A DNA stretch of 64,000 nucleotides from Eledone cirrhosa (taxonomy: Eukaryota): contig OZ024743.1 of NCBI GenBank assembly GCA_964016885.1, positions 206,150,001 through 206,214,000 of the forward strand, given 5' to 3'. Below are positions 40,601-55,200 of the stretch, in pieces; positions within the stretch are counted from its first letter, which is position 1, and each line of letters opens with the position of its first letter. Made by a program: the position numbers and the translations under genes. The notes under the pieces were generated by a model. It was not told where the DNA came from and did not search any database. It worked only from the letters and a program-made list of their open reading frames with translations.

Positions 40601-43260
40601 TTACAAATATCCCCCTAATTTAAAAAAAAATTATCTCCCCTTCGCTGGCTGGAAATTATCTCCCTTTGGACGGCTGGAAATTATAGCTGCTTGTAGGGCT
40701 GGAAATTATCTCCCCTTGGACGGCTGGAAATTATCTCCCCTTCATTTTTTTACTAATTATCTCCCCCTGATTTTTTTTTACAAATTATCTCCGCCTGATT
40801 TTTTAAAAAAAATTATCTCCCCTTGGCTGGATGGAAATTTTCTCCCCTTGGACGGCTGGAAATTATGTCCCCTTTATGTCTTCTACAAATTATCTACCCC
40901 TGATTTTTTTTTTACAAATTATCTCTCCCTGATTTTTTTTACAAATATCTACCCTTGGCTGGCTGGAAATTATCTCCCCTTGGACGGCTGGAAATTATCT
41001 CCCCTTGGACGCCTAGAAATTACCTCTCCTTGGACAGCTGTAAATTATCTCCCCTTGGACGGCTGGAAATTATCTCGCCTTGGACGGCTGGAAATTATCT
41101 CCCCTTGATTTTGTATACAAATTATCTCCCCCTGATTTTTTTTTACAAATTATCTGCCCCTGATTATTTATTTTACAAATTAGCTCCGCCTGATTTTTTT
41201 TTTAAATTATCTCCCCTTGGACGGCTGGAAATTATCTCCCCTTGGACGGCTGGAAATTATCTCCCCTTGGACGGCTGGAAATTACCTCCCCTTGATTTTT
41301 TTACAAATTATCTCCCCCAGATTTTTTTTTTACAAATTATCTCCCCCTGATTTTTTTTACAAATTATCTCCCCCTGTTTTTTTTTACAAATTATTTCACC
41401 CTGATTTTTTTACAAATTATCTCCTCCTGATTTTTTTTACAAATTATCTCCGCCTGATTTTTTTAAATATGATCTTCCCTTGGCTGGCGGAAAATCATCT
41501 CCCCTTGGACGCCTGGAAATTATCTCCCCTTGGAAGGATGGAAATTATCTCCCCTTGGACGGCTGGAAATTATCTCCCCTTGCACTGCTGGAAATTATCT
41601 CCCCTTGGACGGCTGGAAATTATATGCCCTTGATTTTGATTTTACAAATTATCTTCCCCTGATTTTTTTAGCAAATTATTTCCACCTGATTTTTTAAAAA
41701 ATTATCTCCCCTTGGACGGCTGGAAATTATCTCCCCTTGGCTGGAAATTATCTCCCCTTGGACGATTAGAAATTATCTCTCTTTGGACGGCTGGAAATTA
41801 TCTCCCCTTGATTTTTTTTACAAATTATCACCCCCTGATTTTTTTTACAAATCTCCAAGTGATTTTTTTAAAAAAATTATCTCCCCTTCGCTGGCTGGAA
41901 ATTATCTCCCCTTGGACGCTGGAAATTATAGCCCCTTGGAGGGCTGGAAGTTATCTTCCCTTGGAGGGCTGGAAATTATCTTCCCTTGGACGGCTGGAAA
42001 TTATCTCCCCTTGATTTTTTTTACAAATTATCTCCCCCTGATTTTTTTTTACAAATTATCTCCCCCTGATTTTTTTTTTACCAATTATCTCCTACTGATT
42101 TTTTTAAAAATTATTTCCCCTTGGACGGCTGGAAATTATCTCCCCTTGGACGGCTGGAAATTATCTCCCCTTGGACGGCTAGAAATTACCTCTCCTTGGA
42201 CGGCTGAAAATTATCTCCCCTTGGACGGCTGGAAATTATCTCCCCTTGATTTTTTTTACAAATTATCTCCCCCTGATTTTTTTTTACAAATTATCTCCCC
42301 CTGATTTTTTTTTACAAATTATCTCCCACTGATTTTTTTTTACAAATTATCTCCTGATTTTTTTTACAAATTATCTCCCCTTGGCTGGCTGGAAATTATC
42401 TCCCCTTGGAGGCTGGAAATTATCTCCCCTTGGACGGCTAGAAATTACCTCTCCTTGGACGGCTGGAAATTATCTGCCCTTGGACGGCTGGAAATTATCT
42501 CTCCTTGGACGGCTGGAAATTATCTGCCCTTGCACGGCTGGAAATTATCTCCCCTTGGACGGCTGGAAATTATTTCCCCTTGATTTTTTTTACAAATTAT
42601 CTCCACCTGATTTTTTTTTACAAATCTCCCCCTAATTTTAAAAAAAATTATCTCCCCTTCGCTGGCTGGAAATTATCTTCCTTTGGACGGTTGGAAATTA
42701 TAGCCGCTTGTAGGGCTGGAAATTATCTCCCCTTGGACGGCTGGGAATTATCTCCCCTTGATTTTTTTACTAATTATCTTACCCTGATTTTTTTTTACAA
42801 ATTATCTCCGCCTCATTTTTTAAAAAAAATTATCTCCCCTTGGCTGGATGGAAATTATCTCCCCTTGGACGGCTGGAAATTATCTCCCATTGATTTCTTC
42901 TACAAATTATCTACACCTGATTTTTTTTTTACAAATTATCTCTCCCTGATTTTTTTTTACAAATATCTCCCCTTGGCTGGCTGGAAATTATCTCCCGTTG
43001 GCTGGCTGGAAATTATCTCCCCTTGGACGGCTGGAAATTATCTCCCATTGATTTTTTTTACAAATTATCTCCCCTTGGCTGGCTGGAAATTATCTCCCCT
43101 TGGCTGGCTGGAAATTATCTCCCCCTGATATTTTTTTACAAATTAGCTCCCCCTGATTTTTTTTTACAAATTATCTCCCCCTGATTTTTTTTTTTACAAA
43201 TTATCTCCGCCTGATTTTTTTAAAATTATCTCCCCTTGGCTGGATGGAAATTATCTCCCC
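31920..43260 (+). repeat. Tandem pair of ~5.63-5.74 kb higher-order units (junction near 37,650)
   Basis: Equivalent ORFs 33103/38733 and 33552/39182 (+5630); 34662/40315, 35302/40955, 36130/41783 and 36728/42381 (+5653). Shared variants include TATGTCCC, CCCCAGATT and GGCGGAAAATCATC. Confidence 0.9.
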
Positions 43261-46200
43261 TTGGACGGCTGGAAATTATCTCCCCTTGGAAGGATCGAAA
43301 TTATCTCCCCTTGGACGGCTGGAAATTATCTCCCCTTGCACGGCTGGAAATTATCTTCCCTTGGACGGCTAGAAATTACCTCTCCTTGGACGGCTGAAAA
43401 TTATCTCCCCTTGGACGGCTGGAAATTATCTCCCCCTGATTTTTTTTACAAATTATCTCCCCTTGCACGGCTGGAAATTATCTCCCCTTGGACGGCTGGA
43501 AATTATCTGCCCTTGATTTTGTTTTTACAAATTATCTCCCCCTGATTTTTTTTACAAATTATCTCCACCTGATATTTAAAAAAATTATCTCCCCTTGGAC
43601 GGCTGGAAATTATCTCCCCTTGGCTGGAAATTATCTCCCCTTGGACGATTAGAAATTATCTCTCTTTGGACGGCTGGAAATTATCTCCCCTTGATTTTTT
43701 TTACAAATTATCTCCCCCTGATTTTTTTTACAAATCTCTCAGTGATTTTTAAAAAAAAATTATCTCCCCTTCGCTGGCTGGAAATTACCTCCCCTTGGAC
43801 GCTGGAAATTATAGCCCCTTGGAGGGCTGGAAATTATCTTCCCTTGGACGGCTGGAAATTATCTCCCCTTGATTTTTTTTACATATTATCACCCCTGATT
43901 TTTTTTTACAAATTATCTCCCCCTGATTTTTTTTACAAATTATCTCCCCCTGATTTTTTTACAAATTATCTCCCCTTGGCTGGGTGGAAATTATCTCCCC
44001 TTGGAGGCTGGAATTTATCTCCCCTTGGACGGCTGGAAATTATCTCCCCTTGGACGGCTAGAAATTATCTCCCCTTGAACGGCTGGAAATTATCTCCCCT
44101 TGGACAGCTGGAAATTATCTCCCCTTGGAAGGATGGAAATTATCTCCCCTTGGACGGCTGGAAATTATCTCCCCTTGCACGGCTGGAAATTATCTTCCCT
44201 TGGACGGCTAGAAATTACCTCTCCTTGGACGGCTGAAAATTATCTCCCCTTGGACGGCTGGAAATTATCTCCCCCTGATTATTTTTACAAATTATCTCCC
44301 CTTGCACGGCTGGAAATTATCTCCCCTTGGACGGCTGGAAATTATCTGCCCTTGATTTTGTTTTTACAAATTATCTCCCCCTGATTTTTTTTACAAATTA
44401 TCTGCCCCTGATTTTTTTTTTACAAATTATCTCCGCCTGATTTTTTTAAAAAATTATCTCCCCCTGGACGGCTGGAAATTATCTCCCCTTGGACGGCTGG
44501 AAATTATCTCCCCTTGATTTTTTTACAAATTATCTCCCCCTGATTTTTTTTTTACAAATTATCTCCGCCTGATTTTTTTTTTAAATTATCTCCCCTTGGA
44601 CGGCTGGAAATTATCTACCCTTGGACGGCTGGAAATTATCTCCCCTTGATTTCTTTTTCCAAATTATCTCCCCCTGATTTTTTTTTACAAATTATCTACC
44701 CCTGATTTTTTTTTACAAATTATCTCCCCCTGATTTTTTTTACAAATTATCTCCCCCTGATTTTTTTTTTACAAATTATCTCCCCCCGATTTTTTTACAA
44801 ATTATCTCCCCCTGATTTTTTTTACAAATTATCTCCGCCTGATTTTTTAAAGTATTATCTTCCCTTGGCTGGCGGGAAATTATCTCCCCTTGGACGGCTG
44901 GAAATTATCTCCCCTTGGAAGGATGGAAATTATCTCCCCTTGGACGGCTGGAAATTATCTCCCCTTGCACTGCTGGAAATTATCTCCCCTTGGACGGCTG
45001 GAAATTATCTGCCCTTGATTTTGTTTTTACAAATTATCTTCCCCTGATTTTTTTTACAAATTATCTCCACCTGATTTTTTAAAAAATTATCTCCCCTTGG
45101 ACGGCTGGAAATTATCTCCCCTTGGCTGGAAATTATCTCCCTTTGGCTGGCTGGAAATTATTTCCCCCTGATATTTTTTTACAAATTATCTCCCCCTGAT
45201 TTTTTTCACAAATTATCTCCCCCTGATTTTTTTTACAAATTATCTCCTCTGATTTAAAAAAAAAAATTATCTCCCCTTGGACGGCTGGAAATTATCGCCC
45301 CCTGATTTGTTTTAACAAATTATCTCCACCTGATTTTTTTACAAATCATCTCCGCCTGATTTTTTAAAAAAATTATCTCCCTTGGCTTGCTGGAAATTAT
45401 CTCCCCTTGGACGGCTATAAATTATCTCTCCTTCGACGGCTGGAAATTATCTCCACTTGATTTTTTTACAAATTATCTCCCCGTGATTTTTTTTTACCAA
45501 TCTACGCCTGATTTAAAAAAAAAAATTATCTCCCCTTCGCTGGCTGGAAATTATCTCCCCTTGGACGGCTGGAAATTATCTCCCTTTGATTTTTTTTACA
45601 AATTATCTCCCCCTGATTTTTTTTTACAAATTATCTCCCCCTGATTTTTTTTTTTACAAATTATCTCCGCCAGATTTTTTTAAAATTATCTCTCCTTGGC
45701 TGGATGGAAATCATCTCCCCCTGATTTTTTTTACAAATTATCTCCCCTTGCACGGCTGGAAATTATCTCCCCTTGGACGGCTGGAAATTATCTCCCGTTG
45801 GCTGCAAATTATCTCCCCTTGGACGGCTAGAAATTACCTCTCTTTGGACGGCTGGAAATTATCTCCCCTTGATTTTTTTTACAAATTATCTCCCCCTGAT
45901 TTTTTTTAGAAATCTCCCAGTGATTTTTTTAAAAAAATTATCTCCCCTTCGCTGGCTGAAAATTATCTCCCCTTGGACGCTGGAAATTATAGCCCCTTGG
46001 AGGGCTGTAAATTATCTTCCCTTGGACGGCTGGAAATTATCTCCCCTTGATTTTTTTTACATATTATCTCCCCCTGATTTTTTTTTACAAATTATCTCCC
46101 CGATTTTTTTCTACAAATTATCTCCCCCTGATTTTTTTTTTACAAATTATCTCCGCCTGATTTTTAAAAAAAAATTATCTCCCCTTGGACGGCTGGAAAT

Positions 46201-49200
46201 TATCTCCCCTTGGACGGCTGGAAATTATCTCCCCTAGGACGGCTAGAAATTACCTCTCCTTGGACGGCTGAAAATTATCTCCCCTTGGACGGCTGGAAAT
46301 TATCTCCCCTTGATTTTTTTTAAAAATTATCTCCCTCTGATTTTTTTTTACAAATTATCTCCCCCTGATTTTTTTTTACAAATTATCTCCCCCTGATTTT
46401 TTTTTACAAATTATCTCCCCCTGATTTTTTTACAAATTATCTCCCCTTGGCTGGCTGGCAATTATCTCCCCTTGGAGGCTGGAATTTATCTCCCCTTGGA
46501 CGGCTGGAAATTATCTCCCCTTGGACGGCTAGAAATTACCTCTCCTTGTACGGCTGGAAATTATCTCCCCTTGAACGGCTGGAAATTATCTCCCCTTGGA
46601 CGGCTGGAAATTATCTCCCCTTGGACGGCTGGAAATTACCTCTCCTTGGACGGCTGGAAATTATCTCCCCTTGGACGGCTGGAAATTATCTTCCCTTGGA
46701 CGGCTGGAAATTATTTCCCCTTGATTTTTTTTACAAATTATCTCCCCCTGATTTTTTTTACAAATCTCCCCCTAATTTAAAAAAAAATTATCTCCCCTTC
46801 GCTGGCTGGAAATTATCTCCCTTTGGACGGCTTGAAATTATAGCTGCTTGTAGGGCTGGAAATTATCTCCCCTTGGACGGCTGGAAATTACCTCTCCTTG
46901 GACGGCTGAAAATTATCTCCCCTTGGTCGGCTGGAAATTATCTCCCCCTGATTTTTTTTTACAAATTATCTCCGCCTGATTTTTTTTAAAAATTATCTCC
47001 CCTTGGCTGGATGGAAATTTTCTCCCCTTGGACGGCTGGAAATTATCTCCCCTTTATGTTTTCTACAAATTATCTACCCCTGATTTTTTTTTTACAAATT
47101 ATCTCTCCCTGATTTTTTTTACAAATATCTCCCCTTGGCTGGCTGGAAATTATCTCCCCTTGGCTGGCTGGAAATTATCTCCCCTTGGACGGCTGGAAAT
47201 TATCTCCCCTTGGACGCCTAGAAATCACCTCTACTTGGACAGCTGTAAATTATCTCCCCTTGGACGGCTGGAAATTATCTCGCCTTGGACGGCTGGAAAT
47301 TATCTCCCCTTGATTTTGTATACAAATTATCTCCCCCTGATTTTTTTTTACAAATTATCTGCCCCTGATTATTTTTTTACAAATTAGCTCCGCCTGATTT
47401 TTTTTTAAAATTATCTCCCCTTGGACGGCTGGAAATTATCTCCCCTTGGACGGCTGGAAATTATCTCCCCTTGAACGGCTAGAAATTACCTCTCCTTGGA
47501 CGGCTGAAAATTATCTCCCCTTGGACGGCTGGAAATTATCTCCCCTTGATTTTTTTACAAATTATGTCCCCCTGATTTTTTTTTACAAATTATCTCCGCC
47601 TGATTTTTTTTTTAAATTATCTCCCCTTGGACGGCTGGAAATTATCTCCCCTTGGACGGCTGGAAATTATCTCCCCTTGATTTTTTTTTCCAAATTATCT
47701 CCCCCTGATTTTTTTTTTACAAATTATCTACCCCTGATTTTTTTTTACAAATTATCTCCCCCTGATTTTTTTTACAAATTATCTCCCCCTGATTTTTTTT
47801 TACAAATTATCTCCCCCCGATTTTTTTACAAATTATCTCCCCCTGATTTTTTTTACAAATTATCTCCGCCTGATTTTTTTTAATATTATCTTCCCTTGGC
47901 TGGCGGGAAATTATCTCCCCTTGGACGGCTGGAAATTATCTCCCCTTGCACTGCTGGAAATTATCTCCCCTTGGACGGCTGGAAATTATCTGCCCTTGAT
48001 TTTGTTTTTACAAATTATCTTCCCCTGATTTTTTTACAAATTATCTCCACCTGATTTTTTAAAAAATTATCTCCCCTTGGACGGCTGGAAATTATCTCCC
48101 CTTGGCTGGAAATTATCTCCCCTTGGACGGCTAGAAATTATCTCTCTTTGGACGGCTGGAAATTATCTCCCCTTGATTTTTTTTACAAATTATCTCCCCC
48201 TGATTTTTTTTTACAAATTATCTCCCCCTGATTTTTTTTTACAACTTATCTCCGCCTGATTATTTTTTTAAAATTATCTCCCCTTGGACGGCTGGAAATT
48301 ATCTCCCCTTGGACGGCTGGAAATTATCTCCCATTGATTTTTTTTACAAATTATCTCCCCTTGGCTGGCTGGAAATTATCTCCCCCTGATATTTTTTTAC
48401 AAATTAGCTCCCCCTGATTTTTTTTTACAAATTATCTCCCACTGATTTTTTTCACAAATTATCTCCCCCTAATTTTTTTTACAAATGACCTCCCCTGATT
48501 TAAAAAAAAAAATTATCTCCCCTTGGACGGCTCGAAATTATCTCCCCTTGGACGGCTAGAAATTACCTCTTCTTGGACGGCTGAAAATTATCTCCCCTTG
48601 AACGGCTGGAAATTATCTCCCCTTGGACGGCTGGAAATTATCTCCCCTTGGACGGCTGGAAATTATCTCCCCTTGGACGGCTAGAAATTACCTCTCCTTG
48701 GAAGGCTGGAAATTATCTCCCCTTGGACGGCTGGAAATTATCTCCCCTTGGACGGCTGGAAATTATTTCCCCTTGATTTTTTTTACAAATTATCTCCCCC
48801 TGATTTTTTTTACAAATCTCCCCCTAATTTAAAAAAAAATTATGTCCCCTTCGCTGGCTGGAAATTATCTCTCTTTGGACGGCTTGAAATTATAGCTGCT
48901 TGTAGGGCTGGAAATTATCTCCCCTTGGACGGCTGGAAATTATCTCCCCTTGATTTTTTTACTAATTATCTCCACCTGATTTTTTTTTACAAATTATCTC
49001 CGCCTGATTTTTTTAAAAAAATTATCTCCCCTTGGCTGGATGGAAATTTTCTCCCCTTGGACGGCTGGAAATTATCTCCCCTTTATGTTTTCTACAAATT
49101 ATCTACACCTGATTTTTTTTTTACAAATTATCTATCCCTGATTTTTTTTACAAATATCTCCCCTTGGCTGGCTGAAAATTATCTCCCCTTGGCTGGCTGG

Positions 49201-52200
49201 AAATTATCTCCCCTTGGACGGCTGGAAATTATCTCCCCTTGGACGCCTAGAAATTACCTCTACTTGGACAGCTGTAAATTATCTCCCCTTGGACGGCTGG
49301 AAATTATCTCGCCTTGGACGGCTGGAAATTATCTCCCCTTGATTTTGTGTACAAATTATCTCCCCCTGATTTTTTTTACAAATTATCTGCCCCTGATTAT
49401 TTTTTTTACAAATTAGCTCCGCCTGATTTTTTTTAAAAATTATCTCCCCTTGGACGGCTGGAAATTATCTCCCGTTGGACGGCTGGAAATTATCTCCCCT
49501 TGGACGGCTGGAAATTATCTCCCCTTGATTTTTTTACAAATTATCTCCCCCTGATTTTTTTTTTACAAATTATCTCCGCCTGATTTTTTTTTTAAATTAT
49601 CTCCCCTTGGACGGCTGGAAATTATCTCCCCTTGATTTTTTTTTCCAAATTATCTCCCCCTGATTTTTTTTTACAAATTATCTACCCCTGATTTTTTTTT
49701 ACAAATTATCTACCCCTGATTTTTTTTACAAATTATCTCCACCTGATTTTTTTTTTACAAATTATCTCCCCCCGATTTTTTTACAAATTATCTCCCCCTG
49801 ATTTTTTTTACAAATTATCTCCGCCTGATTTTTTAAAGTATTATCTTCCCTTGGCTGGCGGGAAATTATCTCCCCTTGGACGGCTGGAAATTATCTCCCC
49901 TTGGAAGGATGGAAATTATCTCCCCTTGGACGGCTGGAAATTATCTCCCCTTGCACTGCTGGAAATTATCTCCCCTTGGACGGCTGGAAATTATCTGCCC
50001 TTGATTTTGTTTTTACAAATTATCTTCCCCTGATTTTTTTTACAAATTATCTCCACCTGATTTTTTAAAAAATTATCTTCCCTTGGACGGCCGGAAATTA
50101 TCTCCCCTTGGCTGGAAATTATCTCCCCTTGGCTGGCTGGAAATTATCTCCCCCTGATATTTTTTTACAAATTAGCTCCCCCTGATTTTTTTCACAAATT
50201 ATCTCCCCCTGATTTTTATTACAAATTATCTCCTCTGATTTAAAAAAATAAAATTATCTCCCCTTGGACGGCTGGAAATTATCTCCCCTTGGACGGCTGG
50301 AAATTATCGCCCCCTGATTTGTTTTAACAAATTATCTCCACCTGATTTTTTTTTACAAATTATCTCCCCCCGATTTTTTTTTTACAAATTATCTCCGCCT
50401 GATTTTTTTAAAATTATCTCTCCTTGGCTGGATGGAAATCATCTCCCCCTGATTTTTTTTACAAATTATCTCCCCTTGCACGGCTGGAAATTATCTCCCC
50501 TTGGACGGCTGGAAATTATCTCCCGTTGGCTGCAAATTATCTCCCCTTGGACGGCTAGAAATTACCTCTCTTTGGACGGCTGGAAATTATCTCCCCTTGA
50601 TTTTTTTTACAAATTATCTCCCCCTGATTTTTTTTACAAATCTCCCAGTGATTTTTTTAAAAAAATTATCTCCCCTTCGCTGGCTGGAAATTATCTCCCC
50701 TTGGACGCTGGAAATTATAGCTCCTTGGAGGGCTGGAAATTATCTTCCCTTGGACGGCTGGAAATTATCTACCCTTGATTTTTTTTACATATTATCTCCC
50801 CCTGATTTTTTTTTACAAATTATCTCCCCGATTTTTTTCTACAAATTATCTCCCCCTGATTTTTTTTTTACAAATTATCTCCGCCTGATTTTTAAAAAAA
50901 AATTATCTCCCCTTGGACGGCTGGAAATTATCTCCCCTTGGACGGCTGGAAATTATCTCCCCTAGGACGGCTAGAAATTACCTCTCCTTGGACGGCTGAA
51001 AATTATCTCCCCTTGGACGGCTGGAAATTATCTCCCCTTGATTTTTTTACAAATTATCTCCCTCTGATTTTTTTTTACAAATTATCTCCCCCTGATTTTT
51101 TTTTACAAATTATCTCCCCCTGATTTTTTTTTACAAATTATCTCCCCCTGATTTTTTTACAAATTATCTCCCCTTGGCTGGCTGGCAATTATCTCCCCTT
51201 GGAGGCTGGAATTTATCTCCCCTTGGACGGCTGGAAATTATCTCCCCTTGGACGGCTAGAAATTACCTCTCCTTGTACGGCTGGAAATTATCTCCCCTTG
51301 AACGGCTGGAAATTATCTCCCCTTGGACGGCTGGAAATTATCTCCCCTTGGACGGCTGGAAATTACCTCTCCTTGGACGGCTGGAAATTATCTCCCCTTG
51401 GACGGCTGGAAATTATCTCCCCCTGATTTTTTTTTACAAATTATCTCCGCCTGATTTTTTTTAAAAAATTATCTCCCCTTGGCTGGATGGAAATTTTCTC
51501 CCCTTGGACGGCTGGAAATTATCTCCCCTTTATGTTTTCTACAAATTATCTACCCCTGATTTTTTTTTTACAAATTATCTCTCCCTGATTTTTTTTACAA
51601 ATATCTCCCCTTGGCTGGCTGGAAATTATCTCCCCTTGGCTGGCTGGAAATTATCTCCCCTTGGACGGCTGGAAATTATCTCCCCTTGGACGCCTAGAAA
51701 TCACCTCTACTTGGACAGCTGTAAATTATCTCCCCTTGGACGGCTGGAAATTATCTCGCCTTGGACGGCTGGAAATTATCTCCCCTTGATTTTGTATACA
51801 AATTATCTCCCCCTGATTTTTTTTTACAAATTATCTGCCCCTGATTATTTTTTTACAAATTAGCTCCGCCTGATTTTTTTTTTAAATTATCTCCCCTTGG
51901 ACGGCTGGAAATTATCTCCCCTTGGACGGCTGGAAATTATCTCCCCTTGAACGGCTAGAAATTACCTCTCCTTGGACGGCTGAAAATTATCTCCCCTTGG
52001 ACGGCTGGAAATTATCTCCCCTTGATTTTTTTACAAATTATCTCCCCCTGATTTTTTTTTACAAATTATCTCCGCCTGATTTTTTTTTAAAATTATCTCC
52101 CCTTGGACGGCTGGAAATTATCTCCCCTTGATTTTTTTTTCCAAATTATCTCCCCCTGATTTTTTTTTTACAAATTATCTACCCCTGATTTTTTTTTACA

Positions 52201-55200
52201 AATTATCTCCCCCTGATTTTTTTTACAAATTATCTCCCCCTGATTTTTTTTTACAAATTATCTCCCCCCGATTTTTTTACAAATTATCTCCCCCTGATTT
52301 TTTTTACAAATTATCTCCGCCTGATTTTTTTTAATATTATCTTCCCTTGGCTGGCGGGAAATTATCTCCCCTTGGACGGCTGGAAATTATCTCCCCTTGG
52401 AAGGATGGAAATTATCTCCCCTTGGACGGCTGGAAATTATCTCCCCTTGCACTGCTGGAAATTATCTCCCCTTGGACGGCAGGAAATTATCTGCCCTTGA
52501 TTTTGTTTTTACAAATTATCTTCCCCTGATTTTTTTACAAATTATCTCCACCTGATTTTTTAAAAAATTATCTCCCCTTGGACGGCTGGAAATTATCTCC
52601 CCTTGGCTGGAAATTATCTCCCTTTGGACGGCTAGAAATTATCTCTCTTTGGACGGCTGGAAATTATCTCCCCTTGATTTTTTTTACAAATTATCTCCCC
52701 CTGATTTTTTTTACAAATCTCCCAGTGATTTTTTTAAAAAAATTATCTCCCCTTCGCTGGCTGGAAATTATCTCCCCTTGGACGGCTGGAAATTACCTCT
52801 CCTTGGACGGCTGAAAATTATCTCCCCTTGGACGGCTGGAAATTATCTCCCCCTGATTTTTTTTTACAAATTATCTCCGCCTGATTTTTTTTTTAAAATT
52901 ATCTCCACTTGGCTGGATGGAAATTTTCTCCCCTTGGACGGCTGGAAATTATCTCCCCTTTATGTTTTCTACAAATTATCTACCCCTGATTTTTTTTTTA
53001 CAAATTATCTCTCCCTGATTTTTTTTACAAATATCTCCCCTTGGCTGGCTGGAAATTATCTCCCCTTGGCTGGCTGGAAATTATCTCCCCTTGGACGGCT
53101 GGAAATTATCTCCCCTTGGACGCCTAGAAATCACCTCTACTTGGACAGCTGTAAATTATCTCCCCTTGGACGGCTGGAAATTATCTCGCCTTGGACGGCT
53201 GGAAATTATCTCCCCTTGATTTTGTATACAAATTATCTCCCCCTGATTTTTTTTTACAAATTATCTGCCCCTGATTATTTTTTTACAAATTAGCTCCGCC
53301 TGATTTTTTTTAAAAATTATCTCCCCTTGGACGGCTGGAAATTATCTCCCCTTGGACGGCTGGAAATTATCTCCCCTTGAACGGCTAGAAATTACCTCTC
53401 CTTGGACGGCTGAAAATTATCTCCCCTTGGACGGCTGGAAATTATCTCCCCTTGATTTTTTTACAAATTATCTCCCCCTGATTTTTTTTTACAAATTATC
53501 TCCGCCTGATTTTTTTTTTAAATTATCTCCCCTTGGACGGCTGGAAATTATCTCCCCTTGGACGGCTGGAAATTATCTCCCCTTGATTTTTTTTTCCAAA
53601 TTATCTCCCCCTGATTTTTTTTTACAAATTATCTACCCCTGATTTTTTTTTACAAATTATCTCCCCCTGATTTTTTTTACAAATTATCTCCCCCCGATTT
53701 TTTTACAAATTATCTCCCCCTGATTTTTTTTACAAATTATCTCCGCCTGATTTTTTTTAATATTATCTTCCCTTGGCTGGCGGGAAATTATCTGCCCTTG
53801 GACGGCTGGAAATTATCTCTCCTTGGACGGCTGGAAATTATCTGCCCTTGGACGGCTGGAAATTATCTCCCCTTGGACGGCTGGAAATTATTTCCCCTTG
53901 ATTTTTTTTACAAATTATCTCCCCCTGATTTTTTTTTACAAATCTCCCCCTAATTTTAAAAAAAATTATCTCCCCTTCGCTGGCTGGAAATTATCTTCCT
54001 TTGGACGGTTGGAAATTATAGCCGCTTGTAGGGCTGGAAATTATCTCCCCTTGGACGGCTGGGAATTATCTTCCCTTGATTTTTTTACTAATTATCTCAC
54101 CCTGATTTTTTTTTACAAATTATCTCCGCCTCATTTTTTAAAAAAAATTATCTCCCCTTGGCTGGATGGAAATTATCTCCCCTTGGACGGCTGGAAATTA
54201 TCTCCCATTGATTTCTTCTACAAATTATCTACCCCTGATTTTTTTTTTACAAATTATCTCTCCCTGATTTTTTTTTACAAATATCTCCCCTTGGCTGGCT
54301 GGAAATTATCTCCCGTTGGCTGGCTGGAAATTATCTCCCCTTGGACGGCTGGAAATTATCTCCCATTGATTTTTTTTACAAATTATCTTCCCTTGGCTGG
54401 CTGGAAATTATCTCCCCTTGGCTGGCTGGAAATTATCTCCCCCTGATATTTTTTTACAAATTAGCTCCCCCTGATTTTTTTTTATAAATTATCTCCCCCT
54501 GATTTTTTTTTTACAAATTATCTCCGCCTGATTTTTTTAAAATTATCTCCCCTTGGCTGGATGGAAATTATCTCCCCTTGGACGGCTGGAAATTATCTCC
54601 CCTTGGAAGGATGGAAATTATCTCCCCTTGGACGGCTGGAAATTATCTCCCCTTGCACGACTGGAAATTATCTCCCCTTGGACGGCTAGAAATTACCTCT
54701 CCTTGGACGGCTTAAAATTATCTCCCCTTGGACGGCTGGAAATTATCTCCCCCTGATTTTTTTTACAAATTATCTCCCCTTGCACGGCTGGAAATTATCT
54801 CCCCTTGGACGGCTGGAAATTATCTGCCCTTGATTTTGTTTTTACAAATTATCTCCCCCTGATTTTTTTTACAAATTATCTCCACCTGATATTTTAAAAA
54901 ATTATCTCCCCTTGGACGGCTGGAAATTATCTCCCCTTGGCTGGAAATTATCTCCCCTTGGACGATTAGAAATTATCTCTCTTTGGACGGCTGGAAATTA
55001 TCTCCCCTTGATTTTTTTTACAAATTATCTCCCCCTGATTTTTTTTACAAATCTCCAAGTGATTTTTAAAAAAAAATTATCTCCCCTTCGCTGGCTGGAA
55101 ATTACCTCCCCTTGGACGCTGGAAATTATAGCCCCTTGGAGGGCTGGAAATTATCTTCCCTTGGACGGCTGGAAATTATCTCCCCTTGATTTTTTTTACA

